NCBI GenBank assembly: GCA_964016885.1 | Contig: OZ024743.1 | Coordinates: 367,474,001 to 367,538,000, forward strand | Direction: 5' to 3' | Length of the DNA: 64,000 nt | Source of the DNA: Eledone cirrhosa | Lineage: Eukaryota | Part shown: in pieces, positions 1 through 14,435 of the stretch | Position numbering within the stretch: position 1 is the first letter of the stretch | How the letters are laid out: each line of letters begins with the position of its first letter | Notes under the pieces: model-generated | Seen by the model: only the letters and a program-made list of their open reading frames with translations | What the model was told of the DNA's origin: nothing | The model's database searches: none | Program-made: the position numbers and the translations under genes

Positions 1-1315
1 CACACATCTAGACATCTCCACCACACTCGATTATGATACAATAACTCATGTTCAGTAATATGTCCTACCACCAACTTCCATCTAGACATAGCAATACGCC
101 AGGGTGATTCTACAGCAATTATATTAAAATCTATGTGTCCTATAATTCCCACATAATTAGATATGTCAACATCTATATTTAAAATGTTACATGTCCTATA
201 ATTCATCACAACTAGACATATCAGCAACATATCAAAATGATACTACAACACCATATTAAAAACACTATATGTCCTACTTAATTAAAAGGCAAAACACACA
301 CCGTTAGAGTTGGTTCAAACTCTGTCCTGGATCATTAACAATGATATGTGAATCTTATAGATCAAATCTACCATACATTAGTAAGAACTCTTTGAATTGT
401 CTCTACTGTAGTTGCCAACAGAATATTTGGCTACACACAAACTAAACAAAACATGCTTTTCTTGTCTTACTATACCCACCATTGAATTTGACCAATAACT
501 ACATTAATAAACAGACTATCTTTGTACACTATGTCTGCTTGATTGAAGCCAAACTAGGGGCTACACTGCAATAACTAACCAATTTGACAGAAAATATAGC
601 ATGATAATTACTGCTATTTAAACAGAACAGATCAAGGTGTAAATCTTGTATTTCTTATTTAATTCTTTTTGACTCTAAGTAAGTTATCCCTGATTAAGCA
701 GACCTATAAATGCATTCAATCTATGAGCATACCTAGCTATCCAATGTGTTCTTTTCTAATTTAAGGCTTGTTGGTGCATCAGTAATTGATTGCCTGGTAT
801 CTTGTCATAAATGCTTGGCTGCATGGATCCTTCATTCATATCCTACTCAGCAAACCTTTCCCATTAATATGCCTTTGATGTATGCACAACAGATATACAA
901 TTATTTGTATCTCTATGACATTTTCCCACTATATACACTTTGATCCTGCATCATGATCCATACTGCCAGAAACTTGTGCTGTTTTGAGTAACTACCTAAC
1001 TAATCCATGACTACATGTAGCAAAACTAAACTATATATATATCTACCAGCTACTTTAATATCACCAAAAATATTTCTTGTCTGGAGTGTTCTGAGATGAG
1101 GATTTATCATTATTTATTTACATTGATTTATGTAGACTAGTATCAACAGTCAAGATGAAGACACTGGTTTAAATAAATCAGTGTATAAAAATATTTCTGT
1201 GAACTTTCAGTAAAATAAAACAAGATTAAAGCCATATTTGAAAATATAACATTTGGATGTTCTAAAACTTCTAACATAAATAACTGGAAGTGATTATTTC
1301 TCTTTGGAAATAATT

Positions 1316-1500
1316 ATTTCTACTTTTGGCACAAGGCCAGCAATTATCCCAGTGAATTACTGGTACTCTATTTTATCGACCCCGTAAGGATGAAAGGCAA
1401 AGTTAACCCTGGCGGGATTTGAACTCAGATCATAAAGGGCCGTATCTTTGCTGCAAAGCATGGCGTCCGACCCTCTACCGATACTGCCAATCCACCGCCC
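1316..1500 (-). mobile_element. tRNA-derived SINE with TSD
   Basis: Minus strand GGCGGTGGATTGGCAGTATCGG (A box)...GAGTTCAAATCC (B box)...GCCTTTCATCCTTACGGGGTCGATAAAAT. Direct repeat atttctctttggaaataatt at 1296-1315 and 1501-1520. Confidence 0.88.
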
Positions 1501-1850
1501 ATTTCTCTTTGGAAATAATTATCTCTTATTATTCATGTAGTTCATTGCTTTGGGTGCCTTGTGCAAATGATTTAACTCAGAACCTGAGGTGATCACTTAA
1601 TTTGATAATTAAGTTTTAATCACAACTGAATTTAGGTTTAAATTCCAAAATGCCTCTCATAGAAGGATTTCTTTTGCTCTATCACAGTTTAGAAACTCTA
1701 TGTGTCATCAAAATTTCCAGTGACTGAAAATACTTTTGGTGAAATATATATGAAAATCTAAAATGTATAAAACATATGTTAATGCATTATCATTTTGGTA
1801 TTAAAGTTGATTTGACCAGAAAAAGAAATATTTTAAAGCAACAAAGAATT

Positions 1851-2020
1851 AATTGTTTCTACTTTAGGCACAAGGCCAGCAATTACCCAGTGCATTACTG
1901 GTACTTTATTTTATCGACCCTGTAAGGATGAAAGGCAAAGTCAACCTCAGCGGGATTTGAACTCAGATCGTAAAGGGACGTAACTATGCTGGAAAGCATG
2001 GCGTCCGACCCTCTACCGAT
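1851..2020 (-). mobile_element. SINE, same family
   Basis: Near-identical to 1316-1500, slightly 5'-truncated. Confidence 0.85.
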
Positions 2021-4129
2021 ATGTGTTATTATGTAACATCATATGAAATTCTTGCTATAACAGCTATTCAAAACAAACAGAAATTACACTTAACTCAGGA
2101 GTTTCTAAGGCTAGAAGCTAACCTATTATTTCTGTCAAAAGTAGAATATAAAACTGAGAAACTCTAGCCAACTTTAGTAAAGTTGTGAATAATAATTTGA
2201 TAAAGATCTCTTAGTTTGGCATTTATCTGGAACTAGAACTTTATTAGAGTTGCAACATCATAACACACATATACATAAAATCTATCCAATGTTAATCAAA
2301 CAAGAAATATGAGACACTAGTGAATAATCACAGACTGGAAGGTGAGTACATGATTTTTTCTCTCAAGTCTCAATTAATCAGATATTTTCTCAACACTAGA
2401 GACAAATATATGACAAGTCATTCATATCTGCATTGTAATGATGTACACTGAAGTAGATTTCTATCACTTCACCATCTTTAACACAGCTGAATACATTACT
2501 CTCTCACGTTTATAAAATACAGTAAATTAAGTCGTCGAGTTATATGGATAAAAGCTAGCTTTGGCAGTCTGACTACAAATAAATATTCTAATGTGGTGCT
2601 GTGGCTTAGTGGTTAATGTATGTATATTAAAGGCAACATTATCGTAAAATCAAACTTTCCAAGCACCAAATGCTACCCATCATGTCTATCAATGTAACAA
2701 AAAACATATTAGCAAATATCTGAATCCAATCCATTTAAAAATTGATAAAATTAAATTTTTTTAGACTGGTCAATGCTGATGTGGTTAATGTAGACTGGTC
2801 TTTGCTCATGTAATTATTTAAAGCCTTACCCAAGAGTTAGTTTAAGAAAAGGTGAATTTCATAACTTCACAATTTAGTCAATATTAAATTTTTTATAATC
2901 CTACAAAGAAAAGACACCAAAAACTATATAAAATAAAATATCTTCTCAATAATGATTTCTAATTTAGGCAAAATACCAGCAATTTGTGGAGAGGGGAAAG
3001 TTGATTGAATCAACCCCAGTACTTGATTAGTACTTTATTTTATCAACCCTGTAAGGATGAAAGGAAAAGTTGACAATGGCAGGATTTGAATACAGAATGT
3101 AAAGGGAAGTAGCTAAATACCACAAAATGTGTTTGTTGTCCTGTCAATTCTGTGATATCAGCAAATCCACTACCCTTATCTTCCTGATGAACTATAAAAC
3201 AAACCAAGAGTAGTCCACTGCTTATGTTATACATATGTACATTATATTCTCCATCACTGACATTACCAAACAAATCCACATGATGACTGTATTGAAATTG
3301 AGATATCAATCTTTAAATTTATGGCCAGGTGCACAAATGAGGAGCCAAATGGAATGTATTTATATGGATTAAAAACACCTACAAGAAACAAGCAACAAGC
3401 ACAATTCAGTAGCAAAATAAATATAGTTAACGTATAGTTCAATGATTGTTATAATGATGATGATAGAGGCAACATTTCAGTCCAATTAGAGCAATTGAAA
3501 CCATCTCTTTATTTTACAACACAATACTAGCTACATTCCATTACATGGATTTGAAAGCTTTCTTACTGAGAGTCTTACAGCTGCTATGTCAACCAGTAAC
3601 TCATGGCAGAATTCCAGCATTGCACAGCTTCTTATGTTTCTCCTAAAAATTCCTATGATACTGAAATAATTCCATATAATTATACAAACACAAATGAATG
3701 ATTGAAAAATAGGCAGGAGTTGAGAAATATGTCTAGTCATCGAGATCTTATATTTAGCATTTTGCTCAATCCTTCAACATCAAAACTGCATTTCTTTAGA
3801 AACATTCAACTGGACTATATATTTGGTTGCTATTTCTAGCAGGTCAAGTAACAACACATGTAGAACCACTCTCATTGGCTCAATACACAACACTGCAAGG
3901 TTTCGTTGTTTTCTTCATGTAACATGAAATAATATTCAGTTATTATATTCCAACAATTATGATATTTTAAAATATTGCGTAAATTTTACATCTCTATCCA
4001 TAGTGTTTCAGCTGATCAGCATTTATTTACATGTCTCTTCAAGCTAAATAGCTATAAAAGGCTACCAATATTTTTGTCCTCAATAATTTCAAATAAGATA
4101 TCAATAGGAAAAAGCGAAATAAATCATCC

Positions 4130-5938
4130 AACCATCTCAAGCAGGTGACAAAAAAGGCAGTGCTTGAATTTGAGTAGCACATAGCAACCAACCCTGACAG
4201 TAAGGTGTTCTGGAAGTATGTTCACTCAAAGCAGAGGCTTCACTCTCCAGTTGGTCCTCTTTGCAATCCCCACACAAGGCAGTTTACTGACGGCCCCAAG
4301 GAATGCGCAGAACTCATTGCTGAATGCTATGCAGGCATTTTCACTGTTGAAGACCAGAGTGTACCATCTCCACCACCTCTGACATCGGATTCTATTACAA
4401 TTATGGCATTTACACCTGCAATGCTGTGACGTCACCTTAAAAATAAATGCAACCATGCCTCTCCTCGTCTTGATGGTGTTATGTACCTGCTTCTCAAATG
4501 TGGTGGGTATTTCCTTCTGCACCAGCTATCACGTTTCTTCCAATTCTGTCTGAACAACGGTGCTATTCCAGAGCAGTGGAAAACTGCCAGTGTCATTCCT
4601 CTGTTCAAAAAGGGTGACTGCACATCACCTGTCAACTATCGTCCGGTCAGTCTTACTAGCTGCGTTGCCAAACTGATGGAATCCTGTGTCAGAGAAACAC
4701 TTTGGAACTTCTGGAACTCTCACAGTCTTATCCGGCCCTCACAATTTGGATTTATCCCTAACTTCAGCTGCTGTGATCGACTTGTCACGTTTCTTGAAGA
4801 CATCACCTGGATCACTGATGGCGGCTCATGGGTGGATGTTGTTTACCTTGACTTTACTAAAGCTTTCAATTCTGTGCCACTCAAAAAACTTATGGCAAAA
4901 CTCTCTGCAATGGGTGTGAAGGATGATCATTTTAACTGGTTGAAGTTCTTCATTCTCCGTTAAAGAGAAGTAGTCACGGTTCTAGGACAGCATTCCTCAC
5001 TGTATGAGATGTCATCTGGTGTACCACAGGGATCTGTTCTTGGCACCCTTTTGTTTGTGGCATATATTAATGACATAGATGCCAACTTAAAGAATGCCAC
5101 AGTACTGAAATATGTAGATGACATCAAGCTGTACCTTGAGATAAAAAGGACAGATCTTGAACACTATAGATCTTTCTTGCAATCTGACCTGGACACAATG
5201 CAACAATGGATCACGGACTGGCAACTCAAGTTAGCTGTGGACAAGTGTACCACCATGCATTTTGGGAGTAAAAACCCAGCGTCCACATACCCCCTCCACA
5301 GCACTAATATCAAGAAGTCTTCTTGTGAACGTGACCTGGGCATTACGGTCAGCAGCGATTTGCACTGGACGAACACTTAGAATTTGCATCACCAGTCTGG
5401 AACCCCTATCTTGCTCAGAATATTGACCACCTGGAAACTGTTCAGAGATGTGCAACCAAGTGAATATCCTCCATCAGGCATCTACCATACTCTGAACGCC
5501 TTGCTTCCCTGGCCATGGATACATTGAAGCTCCAACGTCTGGCAACTGACTTGGTAAAGATCCACAAAATTATTAACCATCTTGCCAACAACAACCCTGA
5601 GCACCTTTTTGATTTCCATGTGTCTAACACACATGGGTATGCTTACGAAGTCAGAAAACAGCATAGCTCCCATGACTTTTGGAAACATTTATTCATGCTC
5701 AGAGTTGCTGAAGCATGGAACAAACTACCTGCATCAGTTGTTAGCTGCTGAGACACTGCATCCTTTAAAACCTCCATGCTTCCTGAGATTCGCCAACACT
5801 ACACCTAATGTTCCCCCTCCATACACATACACATACACACACATGTATTTCATGACTCGTACACTGTTCATTTTCCTGATATTTGTACATTATTCTATGT
5901 ACCTTTGATGAGCACTGTACACAATAATTCATTATTAT
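4130..5938 (+). mobile_element. CR1-clade LINE, 5'-truncated, decayed RT
   Basis: ORF pieces FWKYV, WKTASVIPLFKKGD..NYRPVSLTS, YLDFTKAF, GVPQGSVLG, YVDD, with stops and frameshifts; ends in an ATT-type tail. Confidence 0.88.
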
Positions 5939-7169
5939 ATTTTATTTAAGATTCATTGGTAAAATGTAGAAGTATTTCTTAACTGAATGCTAAATTTAGA
6001 TTATTTCTGAATTAAGTATATGAATGGAATTGTTTGGAATTGAATGGAATTGTTTGTTAAACTTTTAAATCATATCCAAATCCTTTTCAGCAAAAACAAA
6101 TATATAAAGCAACAAAGTCTCACTATCGATAAAGAAATCTGGTAAGTTATTGTTGTTTAACCCTAATTGAGGATACCTATGTTTAAAGTCATTCCAGCTC
6201 TGAACATCCTGTATTTTTGTATATTCAAGGCTATATTGGGTAATAAATCCTTTCTTTCTTAAGATGGTGGGCATATGTTTGGAGGGAATTTGGTTGCTAT
6301 TTATAATGGATTGAGTGACAATTTAGAGGCTCCTTTTTGTTTTACAGGCTAGTCAGCTAATACGAATGATAAAGCAATGGACAAAATGCTATATAGTATT
6401 TTTTTTATTGGGTAATTCTATTGAGTTACCTTTGGCTTTAGCTGCTACCAACTAAAACCTAGATATCAACAAGCAAGTTACCCTAATATATGAATGCAGC
6501 TGTCGGAAGCTTACGGAAGATCCAGCATCCACCATAAAAAAAAACATTCTCTGTTAAATATCTTAAACACATACAAATGTTTAACAATAATCAATAATGA
6601 CAATTATTCCAGCTGCATAGCAATTTGATACATTTACATGGGATTTGCACAAACTGTGTGTTACCACTGGTGTCTATAATAAGCTATCACCCTTTATTTT
6701 TTTTTAATACATTAAATAAACTGTACATAAACAAACAAAACAAGAACTTTATTGTTTATAAAAATGTTTAAATAAGATATTAATTTAGTTCTCTCAATTA
6801 CTGAGGTTGGATTTAATAATCTATTTCCTGATCTGGCACGGTTGATAAAAGCTAACAGTACAACCAATATTCTTAGAAAGGGCAAACAATTTATTTTAAA
6901 ATAAGATGGAGATTTTGATACAAAGTACAAAGATTGCAATAGGAACTCTAAAATAATATAAAAATTTAAAATAGAAAATATAATATGTCCATCAAGGCTT
7001 AGTTCTCAGCCTTTTCCTGTTTATTATAGTTTTCTTGGCTGTAACAGAGGAGTTTAAGACTGGCTGTATACAATGACCAAGTTTTCAAAATGAATCAGTC
7101 AAAGAATTAGATGAGAAATTCTAAACGTAGAAACAAAACTTATAAATCAAGAGGTCTCTAAGTAAATTT

Positions 7170-7965
7170 ACAAAATACATGTTTTATTTAGCAAGAGGAA
7201 AGACAAGACAATATTGTCATGAGAGAGGTGACCATGCTCCATATGCAGGAATAGAGTATGTAGAAGCTCTGTACTGCATAATAAATGTAAACTATATCTC
7301 CACAAGATATGCAGTAGGATTACAGCCAGGTCAACAGAGAAGGAAGACTTTGTATGTAATAGTTGCACAGAAAAAGTTAGCAATAAGAGCATCCATAAAA
7401 TAAATTCTTTCCAATGTTTGAAAGGCTTCTTAGAAATAGTTGATAGCTATCTGATCTAATTAGCAGTAGAAGTGGATGTTCTGAAAACATAGTAGCTAGA
7501 GTGGGAATGGGATGGAAACATTCTGGGAACAATCACATCTGTGGCCAAGAATGGCATTTTTTCTCTAAGTGAAGGGTAGTTTGTGTGATGCTTGTGTGTG
7601 AAATACAATGTTATACGGTAGTGAAACATGGGTATCAAATACAAGAATGTGTAAAGGCTGGAAATAAATAAAGTGAGCTGGACGTACAATGTATATGTGA
7701 ATGAATGGCTGTCAGAATGAGCTGAGAAAAAGACTTGGTATAAGAAGAAGCAGATGTAGTGTGCATGAGAGAAGACTGCTATTATGGACATGGAAGACTG
7801 GGGAAGATATGGGGAGGCACTGGTGACAGTTGATCTCAAGAGGCTGAACCAGTCAAAGGAGATGACAAAGAAACACATCAAATAAGGAAATGCTGTGCAA
7901 GGGAAGACCTATCCAACCCATACAAGCATTAAAAAGTGAATGCAAAATGATATGGTGATGATGAC
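7170..7965 (+). mobile_element. Decayed RTE-clade LINE 3' fragment
   Basis: Colinear with the 3' part of the 19200-22610 element (WPCSIC..., YGSETW-like, RRL.W region); many stops. Confidence 0.65.
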
Positions 7966-8174
7966 TTAAGGAATGAATATATGGTGTCATTATTTAGAAA
8001 TGCTTTGTGGTATTTAGTTACTTTCCTTTGCATTCAGTGTTAAAGTCCTGCCATGGTAAATTTTGCCTTTCATCCTTATGGTGTTGATAAAATAAAGTAC
8101 CAGTAATACACTGGGATAAATTTAATCAACTTTCCTCTCCCCTCAAATTGTTGGCCATTATTTAGAAATTTGAA

Positions 8175-8359
8175 GGGCAGTGGATTGGCAGTATCAGTAG
8201 AGGGTCGGATGTCATGCTTTGCAGCATAGAGTTATGGTTCCTCATGGTCTAAGTTCAAATTCCACCGAGGTTAACCTTGCCTTTCATCCTTACGGGGTTG
8301 ATAAAATAAAGTAATGCACTGGGATAATTGTTGGCCTTGTGACAAGAGTAGAAACAATT
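8175..8359 (+). mobile_element. SINE, same family, inserted at the tail of an older related SINE (~7985-8170)
   Basis: A and B boxes plus the shared core; TSD attatttagaaatttga at 8157-8173 and 8357-8373. Confidence 0.85.
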
Positions 8360-9168
8360 ATTTAGAAATTTGAGAGTTCAATCTTTTCAAATAGCATTGA
8401 AATGTTATATATAAAACTGCACACATGAGAAATCAAAATAGATTTAAATAATTCAAAATTTCTTTATTAAAAAAATGCACACGTCTACTGTCCATTCATT
8501 GTTCTGCACAAGGAAAGATTACCACTCCCAATTCATACTTCATTATCAAACAGTACTCTTTTACTGATTCATCTATTACTACTCTCTTTTGATACGTTAA
8601 TTCAATTCCACTAAGATTTACACTTAAAGCACCCATAATTCATCTTTGTGCTAACCATTTTATGTCTCACTTCTCATACCTCGTAGTAAACATTTCATCC
8701 AATCCTTTTACCTTCAAATTCTTCCTGAAACTTGTTTGTTATTTGTGTTCCCTCTAGCTGCTAAATAGCAATAATTTAACATTATTTAAAGCAACTCCAC
8801 AACATGATATCTAACTCTTCATTTAGTTTTCATTGCTATCTATTCTTGATAATCTTTTGGACTATTCTCAAGACATTTTCTGCCTTAGATCTCTGATCAG
8901 TTCATATTCTATTACCCAATTTAACACCTTTGTGGTTTCAATGTATGAATTAATATCAATTCATATTAAAAAAAACAAATTATTTCTGTAAATCTACAGA
9001 GTAAAGACAGACTAGTTGCAATAGCTTCAGTGAATTCTATCTTCAGAGTTATTCAACAGGCAAAATATATATACTTAATTCAAGTCTAAATGACACTGTT
9101 ACAGTCTACTGGAGATAATCACTACTTGCAATACACTAGTAAGGTGTCTGAAAATTAATAGGTGTCAT

Positions 9169-9220
<52 letters not shown>

Positions 9221-9235
9221 TAATGCAAAGTAAAC

Positions 9236-10690
9236 AATTTACCACATTCTGAGAAGTGGTATGAGCATAAGCCAGAGGCGGTGATAGAAAACGATCAGGT
9301 GAAGGTGCTGTGGGATTTTAGGATACAGACGGACAAGAAACTGGAACACAATAGACCTGACCTGGTGGTTTTGGACAAAGAAAAAAGATCGTGCCTGATT
9401 GTGGATGTGGCCTGCCCATTCGACACGAGAGTGCAAGAGAAGGAGAGGGAGAAAATTAACCGATACCAGGACTTAAAGTGGGAGGTAAAAAGTGATCCCG
9501 ATTGTCATAGGCGCATTAGGGACTATCTCAAAAAGTTTCCAGGGATGGTTAAAGAAAATTGGCCCCTTCACACTTTTTGGAACGCTTCAAAAGGCATGCT
9601 TGCTGGGAACAGCAAGAACCCTCCGATACGTCCTGAATATCTGAGGCTGCAGGTAGTGGCTTGGTATTCATTTCAACAAACTTTCCAGTTAACTAACATC
9701 AATGACTGAGACTCAAAGAGTAATAACAATAATAATAATAATAATGTCTTGAGAATAGAATTAATGTCTTGAGAATAGTCCAAAGACCTGACCTAGTGGT
9801 TGTGGACAAAGAAAAAAGATCGTGCCTGATTGTAGATGTGGCCTGCCCATTCGACACGAGAGTGCAAGAGAAGGAGAGGGAGAAAATTAACTGATACCAG
9901 GACTTAAAGTGGGAGGTAAAAAGGATTTGGAACTGCCATGAAGTCAAAGTAGTCCCGATTGTCATAGGCGCACTAGGGACTATCTCAAAAAGTTTCCAGG
10001 GATGGTTAAAGAAAATTGGCCCCTTCACGCTTTTTGGAACGCTTCAAAAGGCATGCTTGCTGGGAACAGCAAGAACCCTCCGATACGTCCTGTATATCTG
10101 AGGCTGCAGGTAGCGGTTTGATATTCATTTCAACAAACTTTCCAGTTAAATAACATCAATGACTGAGACTCAAAGAACAATAATAATAATAATAATGATG
10201 ATGATAATAATAATAACAATAACAATAATAATGGTATTAGAATAAGCCAGAGTCGGTGATAGAAAATGATCAAGTGAAGGTGCTATGGGATTTCAGAATA
10301 CAGACAGACAAGAAATTAGAACACAATAGGCCTGATCTGGTAGTTTTTGATAAGGAAAAAAGATTGTGCCTGATTGTAGATGTAGCCTGACCCTTTGACA
10401 CAAGAGTGCCAGAAAAGGAGAAGGAGAAAATTAACCAATACCAGGATTTAAAGAGGGAATTAAAAAGGATTTGGGATTGTCATGAGATCAAGTTCGTCCT
10501 GATTGTCATAGGATGGTTAAAGAACATTAGTCCACCCCCTTGTTTTAGAACACTTCAAAAGGCATGCTTGCTGGGAACAGCAAGAACCCTCCGATACATC
10601 CTGAATATCTGAGGCTGCAGGTCAGGTTGCAGCTTGATGTTCATTTCAACAAACTTTTCAGTTAAATAACATCAATGACTGAGATTCCAA
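9236..10690 (+). mobile_element. Three tandem 5'-truncated Dong/R4-like LINE 3' ends in (TAA)n
   Basis: Copies ~9236-9720, ~9782-10177 and ~10235-10690 encode the restriction-like endonuclease LWDFRIQTD...RPDLVV.DK...IVDVACP.D...EK..Y.DL...VPIVIGALG and share a 3' UTR. Separated and flanked by TAA repeats. Confidence 0.85.
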
Positions 10691-10706
10691 TAATAATAAT
10701 AATAAT

Positions 10707-13700
10707 GTTTTCCTTATTAGCCATACAGGGCTCACATTAAGGAAACATTGAAGAATGTACAGGACGATATAGTCTGGGTTTTTTTTGTGTGGAATAAAAT
10801 TTATAACAGACATTAAGAAAATAAACATTTAAAATAAATAAACATAACAAATTCCCTAAAGGTGAGAAGACTCTAAGGGTTACTCGTGGAGAAAGCCCAC
10901 AAAAGCCACGGTTACCCTGACCGCTAGGGCAAGTGCCCTCTCCCAGTTTTCCTCCACCGATACTACAGACACATGCTCAGGGCAGGCCCATTCACATGGG
11001 CCATTCTTGCCTCTCTCACCCACCTGTCAACAAACTGGCTAGAAAGCAGCACATCCCTCTCCCCCCTAATTTTCCTTTTCAGGTGAAACCTGGAAAAGTT
11101 AATGAGAGCATCACCAAAGAGAAAAGTGCCCATCTTCAACCCTTTCAGACATGTCCACCACATGACCTCTTTCACCAAGGCCAGATAAAAACTGCCTGTC
11201 CTTCCTGGTTAAAGGAGTGTGGCGGAGTAATCTTCAAGATGGACTCAGCTGATAGCTGGATCAATCCTACATGCGACAGCAGATGTTCGACATAGACCCA
11301 CAAGTCAGCGATACTTGGGCACTGGATGAGTGCATGCAGAACAGTCTTGTCACCCTGCATACATCTCTGATAGGCCCGGCTGATGGCACTTCCATGCCCA
11401 TAAAGTTTATCTCAAACTGGCAATGTTCCCCAGTAGCACTGTCAGGCCAGGGATTTCTGGAAGTTATCCATTGGCTCTGGACCAAAAGTCCTCCAGAAAA
11501 TAATAGTTAGTTGGCATTCGTCGTCACCAGAGTTTCCCCAAGGATGTTGTCACTTTTGCTCTCCACTAACTCTCTTTAGAAAGCCAAGGTGGAGTTTCCA
11601 CTGATTTCAATGCCTGATTGGCAAAGGGCAGTGATTGCTCAGAGACATTCCAGTTTCCAAGCACCACCTCTCAGTCTGCACTTGACCCAAGATTGCAGCT
11701 CCGTTAAGGAGATGAGCTGGGGAAAAACATGCCTAGCAAAAAGCGACCACACCTGTTCACAATCAAGGAAAATCTGGAGATGTCATAGTCTCAGCGCATG
11801 TCTGCACATTATCAGCCATGGCATGTCCAGTCCTCCATGCAGAAGGTGTTGACAGCAGATGGACCACCTGACCATCGGAGTGTGTCCTTTCCACAAAAAG
11901 CAAAAGAGCAAATACTCCAGTGTAGTCAGATGAGGCTTAGGACAAGGCATGATGGTCAGGCGGTAGTAGAAGACGGACACGATGTACACATTCACCACTT
12001 CTGCATGAGCTTTCAGGGTAAGAGAGGCCTCCCTGCTTGCCACCTCATCCCAGTTTCTGTTCATTTGGAGGTCTGGACCAAACCAGACCCCTAGCAATTT
12101 AACTGGTCCATCCGTCCAGTATCTGATGATGTTGGACAGCATGGATCTGCTTCTCCAGGTTAATCTTTGCTCCAGTAACCGCCTCATTTTCTCTCAGTGT
12201 AATACCAATTACTGATATGGTTCTCCCACATCCCAGTTTGTGCGGGATGTCCCTCAATGTCTCCAGTTTGTGCAGTAATGGCTCTAGAGTCAATACATAC
12301 AACAGGGATGAGAGGAGACAACCTTGATAGACTAAGTGCATGATGTTGAAAGGTTCCAAAAGGTGACCGTTCACTCTCACCACAGAGCAGATGTTGCTGC
12401 GCATAGCAGTGACCCACCCTCTGAAAACATGCCCAAAGCCAGCTGCCCTGATGTATTACATGAGGTTGAGGTTGTTGTGGATGGATCTCTTGGGAATGGC
12501 GCATGTCTGCACCTCTCCCACAAGTTCCAACCTTGTTGCTAATAGCTTGGTCCAAATTTTGAATTTTGCATTTAGCAGAGTTATGGGCCTGAAATTATAT
12601 ATCTTGTCCCCCTTGTTCGGGTCCCTTCTCAGCAGTGCCACCGGTCCTCAGCTCGCAGAACTGGGAATTCTCCTGTTTTGTTGCCAGATTCAGTAGACAT
12701 CTTCCAAGAGGTCACCAAACAAGGCTGGCATATGTACGCAAAGCTCCTAAGGCAGACCATCAGAACAAAGCGATTAACCCTCATGCAGCCAGTCATTGCC
12801 TCCTGTATTTCAGCAGCAGTTATCGGCTTTTCACAGCACTCTGCCTCCATTGCTGAGAGCCACAGCAGGCCATCGAGTAGGAACTAAATTCCTTTCGGCA
12901 ATCTGACCCACCACTGCTACCAAACAGTCGAGCAAAGTGTCGCTGAAAAGCCGCACACATCTGCTTGTGATTGACTAACATGCATCTGTCATGGTGTGCC
13001 AAAGACTGGATTGTGGCTTTGTTGTCACACTGTGCCTCTGCCACCTGGGCCCATTGAACTGCTTTCATCCCCTTGTGTCTTAGTGCACATGCCCTAGCTC
13101 TGACAATGCAGCCTTCATGCTTGGTATTGAAGAATTGGTTGAGGGCCAATCTGCCACTTGCCTGTTGGTTGCGATGCTTTTTCTAAGCGCCTTGTCTACT
13201 ATTCTAGCTAGTTCTTCCTCTTGTCTATTCTTTTCTATCACTATAGCCTTACTAAACCTAATGGATTCTATTTTGATTGCCCTTTTCAGGGTGAACCACC
13301 ATTTTTTTGTTGATAACTGCCCCTGTCAACACCCACTTAACTAATTCACTAATCTGGTCTCTGTAGTCTTTACGCACCAGGAGCAATGCATTCAGCTTCC
13401 ACTGGCTGGGTCCCTATATGGTCTATGTAGCCGACTATCTTGAAAAGCGAACATCCTATGCTAATCCTATCTATATCCCTACAGAAAAACCTATATAGAT
13501 AGGATCTGGATAACTTGTCTGTATAATGTAGGTGTTGTGTTGTAAGTAATTTAATAGGTTTTGGTTGTTTATGTCTATTGCTGTGTATTGTGTGTGGCGT
13601 TGATGTAGGTGGTGATGGTTTTGGTTGTGATAATGGTAGTAGTGGAGTAGGTGGGGGGGGGGGGTGTTTTTATGTAATAGTGGTAGTGTAGGTGTTGGTG

Positions 13701-14435
13701 GTGGTGGCGGTGCTGAATGTTCAACCCTTTCTTGTTTTGAGGGCGAAGAGGTGAGTTTTTTTGGGGTTTACCACCCCTCTGTTTCATCACACTCACTGTC
13801 AAACTGTGTAATATCAGGGATGGGTAAGCTTTGCACTGGGGTTGTTTTTGTTGGCGGTTTTGTTTTTAAAGTTTTTGGTGCTGGTGCCAGTGCTGATGTT
13901 GGTGCTAGGGCTTTTTCACCTACAGTTACCGTAGATAGTTGTGTTGTTCCCATCATGGGACCTGGCATAGGGAGGAGAGGCGCCTTGTTCCCATTGTGTT
14001 TTGGTTTGGGCAGAAGGCCTTTAGGTGGGTTTTGTTCCCATACATGAGACATCTCGGTTTTTTACCCTCGGTGGCCGTGGGTAGGTGGGTGTTTTCGCCA
14101 ATGTCAATAAAATTGAGGATGTCCCCTCTGTTTCTTAGGTCCATTTGGATTAGGAACTCCATCTTCGATCCTATCCAGTCTTCTTGTTTTATCTTAATGG
14201 TCTCCAAGGTTGTCCTTGACGTCAGAGAGGATAGCTGCCATCAGCCAGAGAATGATTATTCCAGGCGGAACTTGGGTTATGCGAACTAGGACAACTTTTT
14301 GTCCCCAGTAGGTGGGCACTATTTTTATTTCTTCATTTCACAGTGGTGTGATGGAATATGCCATGCCCTGCCCTCTTGTGAGTCCATGAAGAAAACATCA
14401 ACTGTCCCATATTTGGTCCCGTGGGCTATTTACAT
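10707..14435 (-). mobile_element. Decayed Tx1/L1-clade LINE
   Basis: ORF2 pieces NFRPITLLNAKFKI, QGCLLS.LLYVLTLEPLL, VKLLGVWFG, GGLDMP, TVLHALIQCP; ORF1-like degenerate knuckle GKKPRCLMYGNKTHLKAFCP near 14000. The 3' end abuts (TAA)n. Confidence 0.8.

Noticed and set aside
1420-1500. tRNA-like A and B boxes
   Set aside because: SINE heads, not cloverleaf tRNA genes.
3990-4050. Minus-strand TTGAAGA...GCTGAAAC resembling a hammerhead
   Set aside because: No NUH triplet at the right place, no stem I pairing, and positions 3 and 8 are not Watson-Crick.
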